This document shows positions 47,229 through 60,128 of a DNA stretch of 64,000 bases, piece by piece (position 1 is the first letter of the stretch; each line of letters starts with the position of its first letter). This stretch comes from Puniceicoccales bacterium (GTDB lineage Bacteria > Verrucomicrobiota > Verrucomicrobiia > Opitutales > JAIRLM01): contig JAIRLM010000022.1 in the NCBI GenBank assembly GCA_031259325.1, positions 4,384-68,383 of the forward strand, given 5' to 3'. The notes under the pieces are model-generated. The model was not told the DNA's origin and searched no databases. It saw only the letters and a list, made by a program, of their open reading frames with translations. Position numbers and translations under genes: made by a program.

Positions 47229-48788
47229 TTACTTTCCGATGGGGTTGTTATTCTGGCTGTGCAGCCATTTTCCAAACAATTTACTTTTGATATTCATTTT
47301 GAATATGGCAGTTCCGTCATCAAATTTTACGCTAAGGTCCAGCGGAGGAAAACCATATTTTTGCAACTCAGGTACGCGGCCGGATTGGAGACGAAAGACC
47401 GTTCCCTGGTCCAATGTTAGCCCATTTTCTACCGTACGAGGTAGTCCTCCACTTGTCATTTCGTCTATTAGGTGGTACATGGTTTTTTTGGAGTTTGTTA
47501 CGGCAACAAAATCTCCAAAGGCGCAATAATAATGGGATTCGTTGTATTGGTGCCGTGCCGTGTCCCCGTCCATGAGACTCATTTTGACGGTTGCCCGACT
47601 GATTGTGTGTTTTTTATGGGTAAACGCCTTTGGAACCGCCTTCGTGTCGAAGGCAATTTCACCGGCCCAAAACATTTTTGCCACTTCGCCAACCATCAAA
47701 GGCACAATTTTATTGTAAACAAAATCGACCCATATGCCAAGTTGGTCTGGGGTTAAGGAAGCCGCCCATAGCTTACAGATCGCGGGTTTCTCGCCATCGA
47801 AAATGGTGGTTTGCGCGACAGTTAACCCGCCGTATAGGCTCCAAACGGAATCAAAAAAATTATAAATATCCCTATCGGAGGCGTCGGCGATGGACCGGTC
47901 TTCGTTGTAAATAAAAAGCGCATCGAAGAAATGGTGGACGAAAAGCTTTGTCACACTCGGATTACTCCGGCAAAACCATCGCATGCCGTCGCCGGATGGG
48001 AGAAATGCCTCCAGTTTCGCCATTTTTCCGCCATCAACGGGGGCATCAAATAGCATTGCCAGGTCGGAGCCCTTTCCCGCGTGAATCGAAAATTGGATCT
48101 CAAGATTTTCGTCGGAGACACCCAGCTGACATTCCACGCCATCGATTTGTCGGGCGAGAGTGAGTGCCAAATTGAGAAGGGAAATCGCTGGCATGCTTCT
48201 TTCCAAGGTTTGAGATTGGGCAATATTTTGCAGCACTGTGGTTTCAAAATCCCTAACGAGCGATTTAATGAACACGTCCGTCAGTAAAATTCGTATGCTC
48301 GGAAATGCGAGCGATTGGTCACTGGCAGGGAAAAGCTCATCTGGTTCGGATTCCGCGCGGGAAATAATTTCCCCGTTGCGACCAACAATTGTCCACTCCC
48401 CGATTTTCTTTGATTTCAACTCCTGCATTTCAATGGCTGAGTTAACGGGACTTGATTCCGTAAATTTCGCGCGGGCGACCCAATTGAGTCCGTGCTTATC
48501 ATCCGAACCTTGGAAAAATGTAACCGTAATGGGATCTTCTTGCGAAAGACCTTGGAAGTCCGGGTAACCCCAGGCGCCGAGAAAGACGGCCGGCAGAATA
48601 TGCAACGATGGATGCGGGTAAATGTTGCGTGCGTGGTCAATGGCTCTGACCACAAGCCGCTGTGGACCGTATACCTGGACCTGCGCCCAAATCGGCGATG
48701 TCACTGGACCCGCTTCCCTCGCCAAAACGCTTATGTGCGTAAAATTCGCCGCCAATGCGCACGCCAGTAAAAATTTGCGAATTTTCAT
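47229..48788 (-). CDS. Orphan secreted protein (519 aa) with N-terminal signal peptide
   Basis: MKIRKFLLACALAANFTHISVLA is signal-peptide-like. No recognisable family. Confidence 0.55.
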   Translation of the reverse strand: MKIRKFLLACALAANFTHISVLAREAGPVTSPIWAQVQVYGPQRLVVRAIDHARNIYPHPSLHILPAVFLGAWGYPDFQGLSQEDPITVTFFQGSDDKHGLNWVARAKFTESSPVNSAIEMQELKSKKIGEWTIVGRNGEIISRAESEPDELFPASDQSLAFPSIRILLTDVFIKSLVRDFETTVLQNIAQSQTLERSMPAISLLNLALTLARQIDGVECQLGVSDENLEIQFSIHAGKGSDLAMLFDAPVDGGKMAKLEAFLPSGDGMRWFCRSNPSVTKLFVHHFFDALFIYNEDRSIADASDRDIYNFFDSVWSLYGGLTVAQTTIFDGEKPAICKLWAASLTPDQLGIWVDFVYNKIVPLMVGEVAKMFWAGEIAFDTKAVPKAFTHKKHTISRATVKMSLMDGDTARHQYNESHYYCAFGDFVAVTNSKKTMYHLIDEMTSGGLPRTVENGLTLDQGTVFRLQSGRVPELQKYGFPPLDLSVKFDDGTAIFKMNIKSKLFGKWLHSQNNNPIGK

Positions 48789-48875
48789 CGATGCATGGAA
48801 GATTGCGGACCCGCCGGCGTTTTACAATAACATAGACCAAACCCAGCCGTCAAATAGTGGAGGGAGCGGCAGTCC

Positions 48876-50753
48876 GTGAAAATTTCTCCGGCGGATCATG
48901 AGTTGGGGAGGACATTGCTGCGATTTCCCAAAAAAGCTCGCCATGGGTTTGGATATTTGGTTCCATGGATATGTGTGGCACCGGTTAGTAATAAGGCCCT
49001 GGGCGAGCGCCGCTGGCGGATGATTTTTGTGCTAGCCGCCGTTGTGGCCCTATTCGGTGTGATTATCGGCCGGCTTACCTATCTGATGCGCCCGTGGAAA
49101 AATTTACATGATATCGCCGTAAAACAAAACCGGGCATTTTTTAATATAACTCCCGCCAAGCGGGGCAACATTTATGACCGCAATGGTGTGCCTTTGGCGG
49201 TTAGTGTACCCGTTTGGGAAATTGGAATTGATCCTAAGCTTGCTTCTCTGGATGAACGGGCCAAAATTTTTTGCGCTCTCGATGAATGCACCCTCACGCC
49301 AGCCGAAGAAATTAGGAAAAAATTTGAGGAGCGTTTGCGCCGGGCTCCGCGGTCGCGTTGGATTTCACTGGCAAACAATATTTCAGAAAATGTTTATGCG
49401 CATATCGCGGAACGCAAACTTCCGGGAATTTACGGCCACCGCACCTTTCGCCGTATTTACCCGCAGGGCACGAGCATGTGCCACGTGGTCGGGTTCATCA
49501 ACATCGATGACATGGCTTGCTGTGGCGTGGAAAAATTTGCCGATTTTTTTCTCCGCGGCCAGGACGGGTGGGTTATCTCCGAAAAAGATGGCCGGCGCCA
49601 GGAACTCGTCCAGTACCGGCTCCGCAGCATCCCACACATGGATGGGTTTGACATACAATTGACCATAGACAGCGCCGTCCAAAAGATAATCGAACGGGAA
49701 CTGGCCGAAATTGAGGAAAAATTTCATCCCGAATTTGCCACCATCATCGTTTCCGAGGCGCAAACGGGTAAACTATTGGCCCTGGCCTGCATCCCCAATT
49801 ATGATCCAAATAATTACGGCAAAGCCCTAAAAGGCAACATACGCAATCGCGCCGTTGCCGATGTTTATGAGCCCGGATCCGTTTTCAAAATCGTTCCCGT
49901 AAGCGGAGGATTGGAAGATGGTATCGTGACTCCTAAAGCCCGTTTCGATTGCTCGGCGTCAATCTACGAATTTAATGGAAAAAAATATTCCCTTCCCAAG
50001 GACCATTCGGAATTGGGGGACCTTTCCTTGGTCGAGGTCTTGCAAAAGTCCAGCAACCGCGGGGTAGCGCAGATTGCCATACGCACCGGTGCCGAAAGAT
50101 TCCATTCCCATGTATTGGCATTCGGCTTTGGTGAAAAATCTGGATACGGCTTCGACGGCGACTCGGCGGGTATCCTCAAACCACCGGCGCAGTGGGACGG
50201 ATTAACGATCACCCGCATGCCCATGGGGCATGCCATCGGCGTCACTCCCATGCAAATGCATATGGCCATGGGCGTGTTGGCATCCGAAGGGTATTTGTTT
50301 TCGCCGCAAATCATTGGTGAAATTATCCCGCGTGAAGGAATGGGGGATATTAGTATGCGGAAGATCAGCGGCCGACCTATTGTCCGCCGGCAGGTTCTTC
50401 ACCGGCAAACGGTGCGACAGATGCGGACCATGCTTGTTCGACCGAATGACGCACGTGAGGTACCATTTCGCATTGCTTACAAAACGGGGACGTCACAAAA
50501 ACTCGTCAACGGCCGCTATGCCCACGACCGGCACATTCCGTCCTGTTCCGGATTTTTTCCCGCCAATGATCCGAAGTACCTTGTTACCGTCGTCATCGAT
50601 AGTCCGACGTGCGCCGGCACCGCCTGGGGAGACCGCTACGCCAAACCTTCTCTGTTCCACATCGCCCGGGAGTTAGTTGGGCACACGCAACGGGCGACAT
50701 TCAAAAACTTTTCGTCGGAAATCCCCTTTGCGCGATGGCCAAATTTGCCATGA
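48876..50753 (+). CDS. Class B penicillin-binding protein, peptidoglycan D,D-transpeptidase (FtsI/PBP2 family)
   Basis: N-terminal TM anchor. Active-site motifs SVFK (SxxK), SSN (SxN) and KTGT. Confidence 0.85.
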   Translation: MKISPADHELGRTLLRFPKKARHGFGYLVPWICVAPVSNKALGERRWRMIFVLAAVVALFGVIIGRLTYLMRPWKNLHDIAVKQNRAFFNITPAKRGNIYDRNGVPLAVSVPVWEIGIDPKLASLDERAKIFCALDECTLTPAEEIRKKFEERLRRAPRSRWISLANNISENVYAHIAERKLPGIYGHRTFRRIYPQGTSMCHVVGFINIDDMACCGVEKFADFFLRGQDGWVISEKDGRRQELVQYRLRSIPHMDGFDIQLTIDSAVQKIIERELAEIEEKFHPEFATIIVSEAQTGKLLALACIPNYDPNNYGKALKGNIRNRAVADVYEPGSVFKIVPVSGGLEDGIVTPKARFDCSASIYEFNGKKYSLPKDHSELGDLSLVEVLQKSSNRGVAQIAIRTGAERFHSHVLAFGFGEKSGYGFDGDSAGILKPPAQWDGLTITRMPMGHAIGVTPMQMHMAMGVLASEGYLFSPQIIGEIIPREGMGDISMRKISGRPIVRRQVLHRQTVRQMRTMLVRPNDAREVPFRIAYKTGTSQKLVNGRYAHDRHIPSCSGFFPANDPKYLVTVVIDSPTCAGTAWGDRYAKPSLFHIARELVGHTQRATFKNFSSEIPFARWPNLP

Positions 50754-50791
50754 ACCAACGAAATTTCATCGGCCCTTCGAACCCGGTCGGT

Positions 50792-52141
<1,350 letters not shown>

Positions 52142-52186
52142 TCAAAGATTTTTGTCCACTGGCTTCGCAAAGCCGCCATGGACCAT

Positions 52187-53392
52187 TTATTTATGCGGCC
52201 CACCGCTGAGTGCTGCAACGCCGGGCATTTCTTTCCCTTCCAAAAACTCCAAACTCGCACCACCACCGGTGCTCATGAAGTCGATCTTATCGGAAAAACC
52301 GCTCTTATTTATGGCGGTTATGGAATCCCCGCCGCCGACAATGGAAATGCCCTTGCTCCGGGCAACGGCTTTGGCAGCGGCAAAGGTTCCCTGGGCGCAG
52401 GCGGAAACTTCGAAAATTCCCATGGGGCCGTTCCAAAAAATGGTTTTTGAATTTTCAATGGTATCGCTAAAAATTTGGATGGTTTTGGGCCCAATGTCCA
52501 CGCCCTGCCATCCGTCGGGAATATCTTCGGAGACTGTTTTTATGGCACCGACCGTGCGCGTTTCAAAATTCAGTGTATCCGTTGCAAGGGAGTCCACGGG
52601 CAGGAGAATTTTTACGCCCTTTTTGTCGGCTTTTTGGAGCGCCGCCTTGGCATCCGCCACGCGGTCCTTTTCCGCCAGGCTATTCCCGATTTTTTTTCCC
52701 TGTGCGAGATGGAAAGTATAGGCCATGGCGCCACCGATGAGCATGTTGTTGCATTTGTCCAAGAGCGCGTCGATGACCCCAATTTTATCGCTTACCTTGG
52801 CACCACCAAGGATGACCGTGAACGGCCGCTCGGGATTTGCCGTCCTATTCCCAAGAAATTCCAGTTCCTTCTGCATGAGAAATCCGGCGACTTTGATGGG
52901 TAGCAGACTCGGGACACCCGCCGTTGATGCGTGGGCCCGATGGGCCGTCCCAAAGGCATCGTTGACGAAGGCATTGCCGTAGGCGGCTAATTTTTTGGCG
53001 AATTCCCGGTCATTTTGCTCTTCCTCCGCGTAGAATCGCAAATTTTCCAACATCATCACGGAACCGGGTTCCATCTCGGCAATGGTCCCTTGCACGTCAT
53101 CGCCGAGACAATCTTCCAAAAAAATCACCGGCCGCCCCAATAATTGGGAAAGTTCCTGGGCCGTGGGCCGCAGGGAATATTTCAAATTTTTTTGCGCCTT
53201 CGGCCGTCCCAGGTGGCTCAAGAGGATAACCTTCGCCGCCCGCTTAACCAGGTAATCAATTGTGGGCACCGCCGCCCGAATGCGCGAATTGTCCGCAACT
53301 TTTCCACCTTCCAGTGGCACATTGAAATCTACCCGCACAAGGACATTTTTTTTGGATAAATCCACATCTGCAATCGTCTGAACCGGCATCAC
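52187..53392 (-). CDS. pgk: Phosphoglycerate kinase
   Basis: VRVDFNVPL, SHLGRPK, GGGDS...STGGGASLEFLEG. Confidence 0.95.
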   Translation of the reverse strand: MMPVQTIADVDLSKKNVLVRVDFNVPLEGGKVADNSRIRAAVPTIDYLVKRAAKVILLSHLGRPKAQKNLKYSLRPTAQELSQLLGRPVIFLEDCLGDDVQGTIAEMEPGSVMMLENLRFYAEEEQNDREFAKKLAAYGNAFVNDAFGTAHRAHASTAGVPSLLPIKVAGFLMQKELEFLGNRTANPERPFTVILGGAKVSDKIGVIDALLDKCNNMLIGGAMAYTFHLAQGKKIGNSLAEKDRVADAKAALQKADKKGVKILLPVDSLATDTLNFETRTVGAIKTVSEDIPDGWQGVDIGPKTIQIFSDTIENSKTIFWNGPMGIFEVSACAQGTFAAAKAVARSKGISIVGGGDSITAINKSGFSDKIDFMSTGGGASLEFLEGKEMPGVAALSGGPHK

Positions 53393-53522
53393 ACTCCCTC
53401 GTCTAAGTCTGGCGAAAGTCCACCACCCGTCAAGTTACTTGGACAAAAATTGCGCTTCTTCGACGGTGCAACCCCGGTGTTAAAAATCAAAATGAAAAAT
53501 TGCCAATTTCTTAAAAAACATA

Positions 53523-54542
53523 TTGATAGCGCATGTGCTACTTGGTCGATATGTGTGCCGTGAATGGTTGAAATATATGGGCATAACGCTTGTGGTCACA
53601 TTCGCACTTCTTGTATTTGAGGATATGTACCGTGAATTTCCCGGTTTATTGAACCATGGAACCGGAGCAGTCCTGTGCCATTATCTTCACCTGTTTCCTC
53701 ATTTTTTTTGCACCATCCTTCCCATCTCTGTTTTCGTGTCAGCGCTAATAAGTCTCTGCCATTTGAGGAATAATAATGAATTTATCGCCATGCAGGGGGC
53801 TGGCTTGACCCCTTGGCAAATCACAAAAAATATGTGGATTTGGAGTCTCGCCCTATCCGCGCTGATGGTACTTTTGCAAACGCATTTGGGCGAGTGGTCC
53901 CGGGATAAAAATAGTTGCAATGTGTCCTATCAGGACGGCCAAAGTGGGCGGTTGTGGCTGATTGGCCACTTGGACGTGGAAAGCGGCCGTGCCGAAAACA
54001 TTTTCGTGTGGGACCCGGGTCCGCCCGCGCGGCGATTTCATGCGCAAAGTGCCCACTGGGACGGGCGCCATTGGAGCTTTGAAAATGTCGCGGAATCGGT
54101 CATGGCTCCGCTGGAAATGGAAGAAAGCCGCCGCTTTTCGAGTAAAAAATCCTTTGACGAATTTCATGAGACCCCGCGCCAAATCATAAGTCAGCAAAAG
54201 CGCCCGAAGGATATGTGCCTGCAGGAAGTCCGCCAGGCCCTGCGCTGGGAGCCAGAGAAATCCCCCCGCACACGCACCTATCGCATACGATTTTATGCGT
54301 TTTATATGGCATGTTTCGGGCCCATCATTGCACTTTTTTGCGCCATTCCATTTTCGATGCAAGGCGTGCGTCAAAATCCTACAATCGGCGCGACAAAAGC
54401 CATCGGCCTATTATTTTTGTTCCACGTGCTGACAGGGCTGTCGCACTCCCTGGGAAATAATGGAATTTGCCATCCAATTGCCGCCGCGGGGTTGCCGTTC
54501 CTGTTGCCGATTTTCATCGGAATCCTTTGCCTGCGCCACTGA
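53523..54542 (+). CDS. LPS export ABC permease, LptF/LptG (YjgP/YjgQ) family
   Basis: Six-TM layout with a large periplasmic loop between TM3 and TM4. The N-terminal LGRYVCREWLKYMGITLV is typical of the family. Confidence 0.65.
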   Translation: MIAHVLLGRYVCREWLKYMGITLVVTFALLVFEDMYREFPGLLNHGTGAVLCHYLHLFPHFFCTILPISVFVSALISLCHLRNNNEFIAMQGAGLTPWQITKNMWIWSLALSALMVLLQTHLGEWSRDKNSCNVSYQDGQSGRLWLIGHLDVESGRAENIFVWDPGPPARRFHAQSAHWDGRHWSFENVAESVMAPLEMEESRRFSSKKSFDEFHETPRQIISQQKRPKDMCLQEVRQALRWEPEKSPRTRTYRIRFYAFYMACFGPIIALFCAIPFSMQGVRQNPTIGATKAIGLLFLFHVLTGLSHSLGNNGICHPIAAAGLPFLLPIFIGILCLRH

Positions 54543-54659
54543 ACAGGATTCCAACGATCACACCTTGCACGAAATCGAAAGTTAAAATGGCCGGAAAGAG
54601 ATTTTTGCCGCGACCCCATTTCCGTTGACCGTGGCGAGTGGTAAAATACGCTCCGGCCA

Positions 54660-55502
54660 ATGTTTCATTGGCGAGATGCGTGGCATTCCCGATTGCGCTA
54701 TTTGCTCTATTTCTTTTTACTCGTTGGCACATGGTGGCTTATTCCCTTGGGTCTGCGACATGGCGTCCGCGATGCACTGCAAGAATTTCAGGCACCCATT
54801 TGGCATGGGGCGGGAATTTCACATGAGATAAAAAACAACCTTCAGCTGCGCGGTCTTTCCAAAGGAGAGCTTATTACTGAAATTGAAACACTTTCCCGCG
54901 AATTGGCATATGTACGTCTGGCGCAGGGCAGCGCAGTTGACTTCGAAGATCCGCAGGTGCGGCTAATGGCAAAGGAGGGCTCCGTCGGTGAATTTGAAAC
55001 CGTTTTCACCCGCATCCTCCGCCGGGACGAAAAGGCTTGGTGGCAGGAGGTTGTAATAAGCGGCGGGCGCAATCGGGGATTTGAGGAAAACATGGCAATC
55101 GTCAACGGCCGCGGGCTTTTGGGTAAAATATGCCGAGTTTTCAGCCATCACAGCATTGCCAGCCTCGCCACAGATCAACGATTTCGCACCGTCGCCCATG
55201 TTTCCAATGACCCCCGGCCCATTATTTTCCAAGGCATTGCCCGAGGAGGGCTTTCCAAACCCGTTGGGCGTGTGACAAAGGTTCCCCTCGACGTTCAGAT
55301 TTCCGAAGGTCGACCGCTGAAGATTGTAACATCTTCTTTGAGCGGAGTTTACCCGGATGGCGTACCCATTGGGATTGTCACACAGTTGCGGAAAAGTTCG
55401 GATGGCGTATTCCAAGAGGGGGAAGTCGCGCTCAATTCATCCCTTGCACATGCCCGGGAGGCGGTTGTACTCATCCCAAGGGCCAAAACGGATGTCGACT
55501 GA
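54660..55502 (+). CDS. mreC: Rod shape-determining protein MreC
   Basis: N-terminal TM, a coiled coil, then a beta-barrel motif VNGRGLLGKICRVFSHHSIASLATDQRFRTVAHV and SGVYPDGVPIGIV. Confidence 0.75.
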   Translation: MFHWRDAWHSRLRYLLYFFLLVGTWWLIPLGLRHGVRDALQEFQAPIWHGAGISHEIKNNLQLRGLSKGELITEIETLSRELAYVRLAQGSAVDFEDPQVRLMAKEGSVGEFETVFTRILRRDEKAWWQEVVISGGRNRGFEENMAIVNGRGLLGKICRVFSHHSIASLATDQRFRTVAHVSNDPRPIIFQGIARGGLSKPVGRVTKVPLDVQISEGRPLKIVTSSLSGVYPDGVPIGIVTQLRKSSDGVFQEGEVALNSSLAHAREAVVLIPRAKTDVD

Positions 55503-55559
55503 GTCTTTCAAAAATTTTTCCATGGAAACTTCTTTACAACGTCTCCGGTTATCCGTTGG

Positions 55560-55763
55560 TTGTCCGCAACCATGTTAAAAACGAAGAAGGCCATTTCAAA
55601 GCGGTTCAAAATAACCGCCGGCGGAAAGGTACTGCGACGTACGGGTGGGTATGATAAGCTGTTGCGCCATAAGAGCACGAAGGGCAAGCGGCGGGCAAGC
55701 TGGGATAAGCCGGTTTCATTGGGCTTTTCCGCGCATGTGAAGCGAGCCATGCCATACGCCTGA
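55560..55763 (+). CDS. rpmI: 50S ribosomal protein L35
   Basis: MLKTKKAISKRFKITAGGKVLRR...KSTKGKRR. The start may be the Met at 55572. Confidence 0.9.
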   Translation: MSATMLKTKKAISKRFKITAGGKVLRRTGGYDKLLRHKSTKGKRRASWDKPVSLGFSAHVKRAMPYA

Positions 55764-55847
55764 GAGATACGGCATGGAAGTGCATTTAATTCGGCGAAAG
55801 GCGATTGATTTGGCGGCCTTTACTGAAAGTGAAAAAAAGGAGACAAC

Positions 55848-56249
55848 ATGCCAAGGACGACGAACGCTGGGGCGACGAGGAAGCGCCGCAAGAGGATTTT
55901 AAAGCAAACGCGTGGGTATTTTGGCAATAAATCGCGCCTTTACCGCTATGCCATCGACGCATTTTGGCGGGCTGGGTGCTTTGCCTACCGGGATCGGAAA
56001 AGGAAAAAGACCGAATTCCGACAGCTGTGGATTGTGCGCATCAACGCCGCGTGCCGGCCCCTTGGGATTCCCTATGGTCGGTTCATGGAGGGTCTGAAGG
56101 CGGCGAATATTGAATTGGACCGCAAATCCCTCAGCGAGCTGGCCATACACGATGCCATCGCCTTTGCTGCCATTGTCGAAAAAGCCAAGGAGGCGCTAAA
56201 AAATAAATGCGCGTGTCCCTGCTGCTGCTCCTGTTCCTGTCATGGCTGA
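55848..56249 (+). CDS. rplT: 50S ribosomal protein L20 with 13-aa Cys-rich C-terminal extension
   Basis: RKRRKRILKQTRGYFG...FRQLWIVRINAA core. The tail CACPCCCSCSCHG (56208-56246) lies beyond the usual L20 end. Confidence 0.9.
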   Translation: MPRTTNAGATRKRRKRILKQTRGYFGNKSRLYRYAIDAFWRAGCFAYRDRKRKKTEFRQLWIVRINAACRPLGIPYGRFMEGLKAANIELDRKSLSELAIHDAIAFAAIVEKAKEALKNKCACPCCCSCSCHG

Positions 56250-57244
56250 GAACGAAGAAATTGCACGGCTACTGGCGGATATCCTTAGCCGGTGGGACGA
56301 CATCGGGGATTCCATTGACTCCGTGGCCCGCTTGGAAGCGGCTAAGGCGGAAATTTTTGGCCCCAATGGTTCGCTGACGTTGCTTTTTCGTCAAATTAAC
56401 AAACTTCCCAAGGAAGACCGGCCGGAATGGGGCAAGCGACTCAACGCGGCCCGGGATGCACTTGCCGCGAAAATTCAAGCCGTCGGTGAGCGCCTTGCGG
56501 AAAAGGATCTCGAATCACGCCTGGGCGAAACAATTGACCCCACGTTAGGTCTCACGCAGGAAAAATTGGGCTACCGACACCCGCTTTCCCAGGTCCGCAA
56601 CCGGGTGGTATCCATCTTTAAAAAGATGGGATTTGCCGTCGCCGAAGCCACGGAATTGGAAACGGAATGGGCCTGTTTCGACGCGCTTCAAATGCCAGCG
56701 ACGCACCCGGCCCGGGACGCTATGGATACGTTTTTTTTGCCAAATGATTTTGTCTGCGGGAACACCCAAAAGCGTGACGACGAGCATTTTATCCTGCGTA
56801 CCCACTGCACATCGGTACAAATTCGCGCCCTTCTCCGGGGGCAGCTTCCGCTAAAAATCATCGCCCCGGGTCGAGTTTTTCGCCGGGACACGGTGGACGC
56901 CACCCACAGTGCTAATTTTCACCAATGTGACGTTATTCACGTGGACAGGGGGATTTCCGTGGCGGATCTTAAGGCGTCCATTGAATTTTTTTTGGGTGAG
57001 TTTTTTGGCGCGGATGTCCAAATGCGTTATCGGCCAAGTTTTTTCCCGTTCACCGAGCCCAGTTTTGAGGTGGACATACGCGTGCCAAACATGGGGAAGT
57101 TGAGCGACACCTGGATTGAAATTTTCGGCTGCGGCATGATTCACCCCAGTGTGTTTAAAGCCGTTGGCGTGGACGTGGATATCTGGTCTGGCCAGGCCTG
57201 GGGCATCGGCATCGAGCGCATCGCCATGCTTGTCCATGGCATAG

Positions 57245-58507
<1,263 letters not shown>

Positions 58508-58545
58508 CGCGCATGCCCGGCGGAGTCAACGCGTTTTGTAACTGC

Positions 58546-58631
58546 TGGTGCCTAGAAGGGGACTCGAACCCCTACGACCTTACGGTCAGAGGATTTTAAG
58601 TCCTCTGCGTCTACCATTCCGCCATCCAGGC
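58546..58631 (-). tRNA. tRNA-Leu (anticodon UAA), CCA encoded
   Basis: The reverse complement has acceptor GCCTGGA/TCTAGGC, anticodon loop CTTAAAA, a long variable arm and T-loop GGTTCGAGTCC. Confidence 0.9.
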
Positions 58632-58776
58632 AGAACTTGACGGGAATGCATTTTTTATCTTCCGGCAAGTCTTTTCACAAAAGCCCCGTCGCGGAAACAG
58701 GGCTTTTAAATTCTACATTACCAACTTGATTGACCGCCCTGGGAAAGTTGCAAATAATCGCTTTGGGATGAGTTAC

Positions 58777-60009
58777 TCAAAGTTTTGGATTTATCGATTG
58801 CATAAACGCAAATTCTTCCTGGGCGGATGGTTGCTCATCCGGCCCTTCAAGGTGGGCCGAAACTCCGATGAGTCGAATTTTTTTACAAAACGCTTTTGCG
58901 CATTCATCCAATAGTAGTGTGCCCCTATTCGCAATTATCCCGGCATCATCCGTCGCTTGGATAAATTGTCGGCACCGGGTGGTTTGACTGAAGTCGGCAA
59001 ACTTCACCTTCAAAATGATAGCCCGTGCGCGCCGGTTCATGCTCCGGAGGATGCCGCCGACTTCAAGGCCCAGGCGCAGGGTTTTTTCGCGCAAAAAATC
59101 AAGGTTGGCCGTATCAACCGGGAAGGTATTTTCCCGTCCGAGCGATTTGCGCACCCGTACGGGCGTCACGCACCGGCGATCAATTCCGCGTACGACTTCA
59201 TAGTAGTAGCGGCCGATTTTTCCAAAGACCTCCACCAATGCCTCCATTGGTAAACGTTTCAGGTCCCGTCCCGTATGCACATTCATTCCATGCAACCGAT
59301 TGGCCGTCACCCGACCGATGCCGTGGAACCGATGCACGGGCAACGCCTCTAAAAAGCCAGCGGCGCGATCGGGTGTGATGACGGCCATCCCATTGGGCTT
59401 GTTTATTTCTGACGCTATTTTTGCAAGAAACATGTTGAAGGATACCCCCGCGGATGCCGTGAGCCCCGTTTTTAAAAAAATTTCTGCTTTAATCTGCTGC
59501 GATAAACGAGTTGCCGAGGACTCATTTTTCGAATTGGATGTCACATCCAGGTATGCCTCATCGATGGACATGCCCTCCACAAGGGGCGTGATCCGGCGAA
59601 AAATATCAAAAATCTCCTCCGATACCGCGCGGTAACGATTCATGTCCACGGGGAGAAGCACGGCTTGCGGGCAAAGTCGGAGTGCCCGATGCGTCGCCAT
59701 GCCAGAACGAACGCCAAAGGGACGGGCCTCATAGGAACAGGTGGAAACGACTCCGCGGTCCCAGGGATCACCGCCGACAATGACCGGTTTTCCTCTGAAT
59801 TTTGGCCGATCCCTTTGCTCGATGGCGGCAAAAAATGCGTCCATGTCCACGTGAATAATCTTTCTATTGTCACACGGGGCAAAGAAAGCGTCACGCGGAT
59901 TCACCAAATTTAAGAAACTGAATCTGCTTCGATTTGACAAAAGCAATTTAAGAAAAAGACGAAATCGACGAAAAATTTTTACAAAAATTTCCTTAAAAGA
60001 AACTTGCAC
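58777..60009 (-). CDS. dinB: DNA polymerase IV (Y-family)
   Basis: IIHVDMDAFFAAIEQRD, SIDEAYLDVT. The true start is probably GTG/TTG near 59904-59907, because the first 35 codons of the ORF are unconserved. Confidence 0.9.
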   Translation of the reverse strand: MQVSFKEIFVKIFRRFRLFLKLLLSNRSRFSFLNLVNPRDAFFAPCDNRKIIHVDMDAFFAAIEQRDRPKFRGKPVIVGGDPWDRGVVSTCSYEARPFGVRSGMATHRALRLCPQAVLLPVDMNRYRAVSEEIFDIFRRITPLVEGMSIDEAYLDVTSNSKNESSATRLSQQIKAEIFLKTGLTASAGVSFNMFLAKIASEINKPNGMAVITPDRAAGFLEALPVHRFHGIGRVTANRLHGMNVHTGRDLKRLPMEALVEVFGKIGRYYYEVVRGIDRRCVTPVRVRKSLGRENTFPVDTANLDFLREKTLRLGLEVGGILRSMNRRARAIILKVKFADFSQTTRCRQFIQATDDAGIIANRGTLLLDECAKAFCKKIRLIGVSAHLEGPDEQPSAQEEFAFMQSINPKL

Positions 60010-60128
60010 AGTCGGACATCGTTAAAAGCGTTCAACGTAACTTAGTGCATGGGCGCAACATCATTGCGCAAGAATAATGTTGCCTTTTTAGAATGAGGCT
60101 TTATCATACAAAATGGGTTTGAACGGCG

